A DNA stretch of 64,000 bases. It comes from Eledone cirrhosa. Its lineage: Eukaryota. The position numbers and the translations under genes were made by a program. Positions within the stretch are counted from its first letter, which is position 1; each line of letters opens with the position of its first letter. The DNA is taken from assembly GCA_964016885.1 (NCBI GenBank), contig OZ024757.1, positions 2,294,001 through 2,358,000 on the forward strand, given 5' to 3'. The notes beneath the pieces are model-generated. The model searched no databases. It had not been told where the DNA came from and saw only the letters and a list, made by a program, of their open reading frames with translations. Below, in pieces: positions 59,501-64,000 of the stretch.

Positions 59501-62500
59501 GATCGCAGCTCTGATACTATGGACATGTGGTTAGAATGTCTCAGGTAAGAATCACTGGTGAGTCACTCCAGGTAGAGCTGTTACTTCTCTGAATTGACAG
59601 ATCGCAGCTCTGATACTATGGACATGTGGTTAGAATGTCTCAGGTAAGAATCACTGGAGAGTCACTCCAGGTAGAGCTGTTACTTCTCTGAATTGACAGA
59701 TCGCAGCTCTGATACTATGGACATGTGGTTAGAATGTCTCAGGTAAGAATCACTGGAGAGTCACTCCAGGTAGAGCTGTTACTTCTCTGAATTGAGAGAT
59801 CACAGCTCTGATACTATGGACATGTGGTTAGAATGTCTCAGGAAAGAATAACTGGAGAGTCACTCCAGGTAGAGCTGTTACTTCTCTGAATTGACAGATC
59901 ACAGCTCTGATACTATGGACATGTGGTTAGAATGTCTCAGGTAAGAATCACTGAAGTCTCACTCCAGGTAGAGCTGCTACTTCTCTGAATTGACAGATCA
60001 CAGCTCTGATACTATGGACATGTGGTTAGAATTTGTCAGGAAAGAATCACTGGAGAGTCACTCCAGGTAGAGCTGTTACTTCTCTGAATTGACAGATCGC
60101 AGCTCTGATACTATGGACATGTGGTTAGAATGTCTCAGGTAAGAATCACTGGAGAGTCACTCCAGGTAGAGCTGTTACTTCTCTGAATTGACAGATCACA
60201 GCTCTGATACTATGGACATGTGGTTAGAATGTCTCAGGAAAGAATGACTGGAGAGTCACTCCAGGTAGAGCTGCTACTTCTCTGAATTGACAGATCACAG
60301 CTCTGCTCCAATGGACATGTGGTTAGAATGTCTCAGGAAAGAATCACTGGAGAGTCACTCCAGGTAGAGCTGTTACTTCTCTGAATTGACAGATCGCAGC
60401 TCTGATACTATGGACATGTGGTTAGAATGTCTCAGGTAAGAATCACTGGAGGGTCACTCCAGGTAGAGCTGTTACTTCTCTGAATTGACAGATCACAGCT
60501 CTGATACTATGGACATGTGGTTAGAATGTCTCAGGAAAGAATGACTGGAGAGTCACTCCAGGTAGAGCTGCTACTTCTCTGAATTGACAGATCACAGCTC
60601 TGATCCTATGGACATGTGGTTAGAATGTCTCAGGAAAGAATCACTGGAGAGTCACTCCAGGTAGAGCTGTTACTTCTCTGAATTGACAGATCGCAGCTCT
60701 GATACTATGGACATGTGGTTAGAATGTCTCAGGTAAGAATGACTGGAGAGTCACTCCAGGTAGAGCTGCTACTTCTCTGAATTGACAGATCACAGCTCTG
60801 ATCCTATGGACATGTGGTTAGAATGTCTCAGGAAAGAATCACTGGAGAGTCACTCCAGGTAGAGCTGTTACTTCTCTGAATTGACAGATCGCAGCTCTGA
60901 TACTATGGACATGTGGTTAGAATGTCTCAGGTAAGAATCACTGGAGAGTCACTCCAGGTAGAGCTGTTACTTCTCTGAATTGACAGATCACAGCTCTGAT
61001 ACTATGGACATGTGGTTAGAATGTCTCAGGAAAGAATAACTGGAGAGTCACTCCAGGTAGAGATGTTACTTCTCTGAATTGACAGATCACAGCTCTGATA
61101 CTATGGACATGTGGTTAGAATGTCTCAGGTAAGAATCACTGAAGTCTCACTCCAGGTAGAGCTGCTACTTCTCTGAATTGACAGATCACAGCTCTGATAC
61201 TATGGACATGTGGTTAGAATTTGTCAGGAAAGAATCACTGGAGAGTCACTCCAGGTAGAGCTGTTACTTCTCTGAATTGACAGATCGCAGCTCTGATACT
61301 ATGGACATGTGGTTAGAATGTCTCAGGTAAGAATCACTGGAGAGTCACTCCAGGTAGAGCTGTTACTTCTCAGAATTGACAGATCACAGCTCTGATACTA
61401 TGGACATGTGGTTAGAATGTCTCAGGAAAGAATGACTGGAGAGTCACTCCAGGTAGAGCTGTTACTTCTCTGAATTGACAGATCACAGCTCTGATACTAT
61501 GGACATGTGGTTAGAATGTCTCAGGAAAGAATGACTGGAGAGTCACTCCAGGTAGAGCTGCTACTTCTCTGAATTGACAGATCACAGCTCTGATCCAATG
61601 GACATGTGGTTAGAATGTCTCAGGAAAGAATCACTGGAGAGTCACTCCAGGTAGAGCTGTTACTTCTCTGAATTGACAGATCGCAGCTCTGATACTATGG
61701 ACATGTGGTTAGAATGTCTCAGGTAAGAATCACTGGAGAGTCACTCCAGGTAGAGCTGTTACTTATCTGAATTGACAGATCGCAGCTCTGATACTATGGA
61801 CATGTGGTTAGAATGTCTCAGGTAAGAATTACTGGAGAGTCACTCCGGGTAGAGCTGTTACTTCTCTGAATTGACAGATCGCAGCTCTGATACTATGGAC
61901 ATGTGGTTAGAATGTCTCAGGTAAGAATCACTGGTGAGTCACTCCAGGTAGAGCTGTTACTTCTCTGAATTGACAGATCGCAGCTCTGATACTATGGACA
62001 TGTGGTTAGAATGTCTCAGGTAAGAATGACTGGTGAGTCACTCCAGGTAGAGCTGTTACTTCTCTGAATTGACAGATCGCAGCTCTGATACTATGGACAT
62101 GTGGTTAGAATGTCTCAGGTAAGAATCACTGGAGAGTCACTCCAGGTAGAGCTGTTACTTCTCTGAATTGACAGATCGCAGCTCTGATACTATGGACATG
62201 TGGTTAGAATGTCTCAGGTAAGAATCACTGAAGTCTCACTCCAGGTAGAGCTGCTACTTCTCTGAATTGACAGATCACAGCTCTGATACTATGGACATGT
62301 GGTTAGAATTTGTCAGGAAAGAATCACTGGAGAGTCACTCCAGGTAGAGCTGTTACTTCTCTGAATTGACAGATCGCAGCTCTGATACTATGGACATGTG
62401 GTTAGAATGTCTCAGGTAAGAATCACTGGAGAGTCACTCCAGGTAGAGCTGTTACTTCTCAGAATTGACAGATCACAGCTCTGATACTATGGATATGTGG

Positions 62501-64000
62501 TTAGAATGTCTCAGGAAAGAATGACTGGAGAGTCACTCCAGGTAGAGCTGCTACTTCTCTGAATTGACAGATCACAGCTCTGATCCAATGGACATGTGGT
62601 TAGAATGTCTCAGGAAAGAATCACTGGAGAGTCACTCCAGGTAGAGCTGTTACTTCTCTGAATTGACAGATCGCAGCTCTGATACTATGGACATGTGGTT
62701 AGAATGTCTCAGGTAAGAATCACTGGAGAGTCACTCCAGGTAGAGCTGTTACTTCTCTGAATTGACAGATCACAGCTCTGATACTATGGACATGTGGTTA
62801 GAATGTCTCAGGAAAGAATGACTGGAGAGTCACTCCAGGTAGAGCTGCTACTTCTCTGAATTGACAGATCACAGCTCTGATCCTATGGACATGTGGTTAG
62901 AATTTGTCAGGAAAGAATCACTGGAGAGTCACTCCAGGTAGAGCTGTTACTTCTCTGAATTGACAGATCGCAGCTCTGATACTATGGACATGTGGTTAGA
63001 ATGTCTCAGGTAAGAATCACTGGAGAGTCACTCCAGGTAGAGCTGTTACTTATCTGAATTGACAGATCGCAGCTCTGATACTATGGACATGTGGTTAGAA
63101 TGTCTCAGGAAAGAATGACTGGAGAGTCACTCCAGGTAGAGCTGTTACTTCTCTGAATTGACAGATCACAGCTCTGATACTATGGACATGTGGTTAGAAT
63201 GTCTCAGGAAAGAATGACTGGAGAGTCACTCCAGGTAGAGCTGCTACTTCTCTGAATTGACAGATCACATCTCTGATCCTATGGACATGTGGTTAGAATG
63301 TCTCAGGAAAGAATCACTGGAGAGTCACTCCAGGTAGAGCTGTTACTTCTCTGAATTGACAGATCGCAGCTCTGATACTATGGACATGTGGTTAGAATGT
63401 CTCAGGTAAGAATCACTGGAGAGTCACTCCAGGTAGAGCTGTTACTTCTCTGAATTGACAGATCGCAGCTCTGATACTATGGACATGTGGTTAGAATGTC
63501 TCAGGTAAGAATCACTGGTGAGTCACTCCAGGTAGAGCTGTTACTTCTCTGAATTGACAGATCGCAGCTCTGATACTATGGACATGTGGTTAGAATGTCT
63601 CAGGTAAGAATCACTGGAGAGTCACTCCAGGTAGAGCTGTTACTTCTCTGAATTGACAGATCGCAGCTCTGATACTATGGACATGTGGTTAGAATGTCTC
63701 AGGTAAGAATCACTGGAGAGTCACTCCAGGTAGAGCTGTTACTTCTCTGAATTGAGAGATCACAGCTCTGATACTATGGACATGTGGTTAGAATGTCTCA
63801 GGAAAGAATAACTGGAGAGTCACTCCAGGTAGAGCTGTTACTTCTCTGAATTGACAGATCACAGCTCTGATACTATGGACATGTGGTTAGAATGTCTCAG
63901 GTAAGAATCACTGAAGTCTCACTCCAGGTAGAGCTGCTACTTCTCTGAATTGACAGATCACAGCTCTGATACTATGGACATGTGGTTAGAATTTGTCAGG
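26593..64000. repeat. 99-bp satellite array, 377 full monomers plus a partial one, continuing past the window end
   Basis: Consensus gagtcactccaggtagagctgttacttctctgaattgacagatcacagctctgatactatggacatgtggttagaatgtctcaggaaagaatcactgga. Monomer starts at 26593 and 63916 differ by 37323 = 377 x 99. Confidence 0.99.

Noticed and set aside
26593-64000. 99 bp = 33 codons: a giant repeat protein (ankyrin/TALE-like)
   Set aside because: All six frames of the consensus monomer contain stop codons.
26593-64000. CRISPR array
   Set aside because: There are no unique spacers and no cas genes, and the context is eukaryotic. The same applies to the 467-bp array.

Overview
This is eukaryotic, repeat-dominated DNA with no supportable intact host gene. 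The (TA)n/(CA)n density and tRNA-SINE types suggest an octopus or other cephalopod, which is an inference. The window has three zones. (1) 1-8534: a near-identical 467-bp tandem array that flips orientation at ~5512. Every complete unit carries a minimal type I hammerhead ribozyme (HHR) and an octamer-containing dyad, so it reads as a retrozyme-like, self-cleaving satellite. (2) 8535-26592: microsatellites studded with decayed retroelements (RTE, R4/Dong-like and HERO/NeSL-like LINEs, two Penelope-like elements), SINEs, a MITE, several fold-back palindromes and further HHRs. These include a diverged relative of the 467-bp unit and an inverted HHR pair with a compensatory U3-A8 core. (3) 26593-64000: a 99-bp satellite of 377+ monomers in exact phase, with nested higher-order duplications. 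The best candidate for an undescribed system is the family of HHR-bearing, non-coding elements anchored in (TA)n tracts with head-to-head inversions, probably mobilised by Penelope-like machinery.
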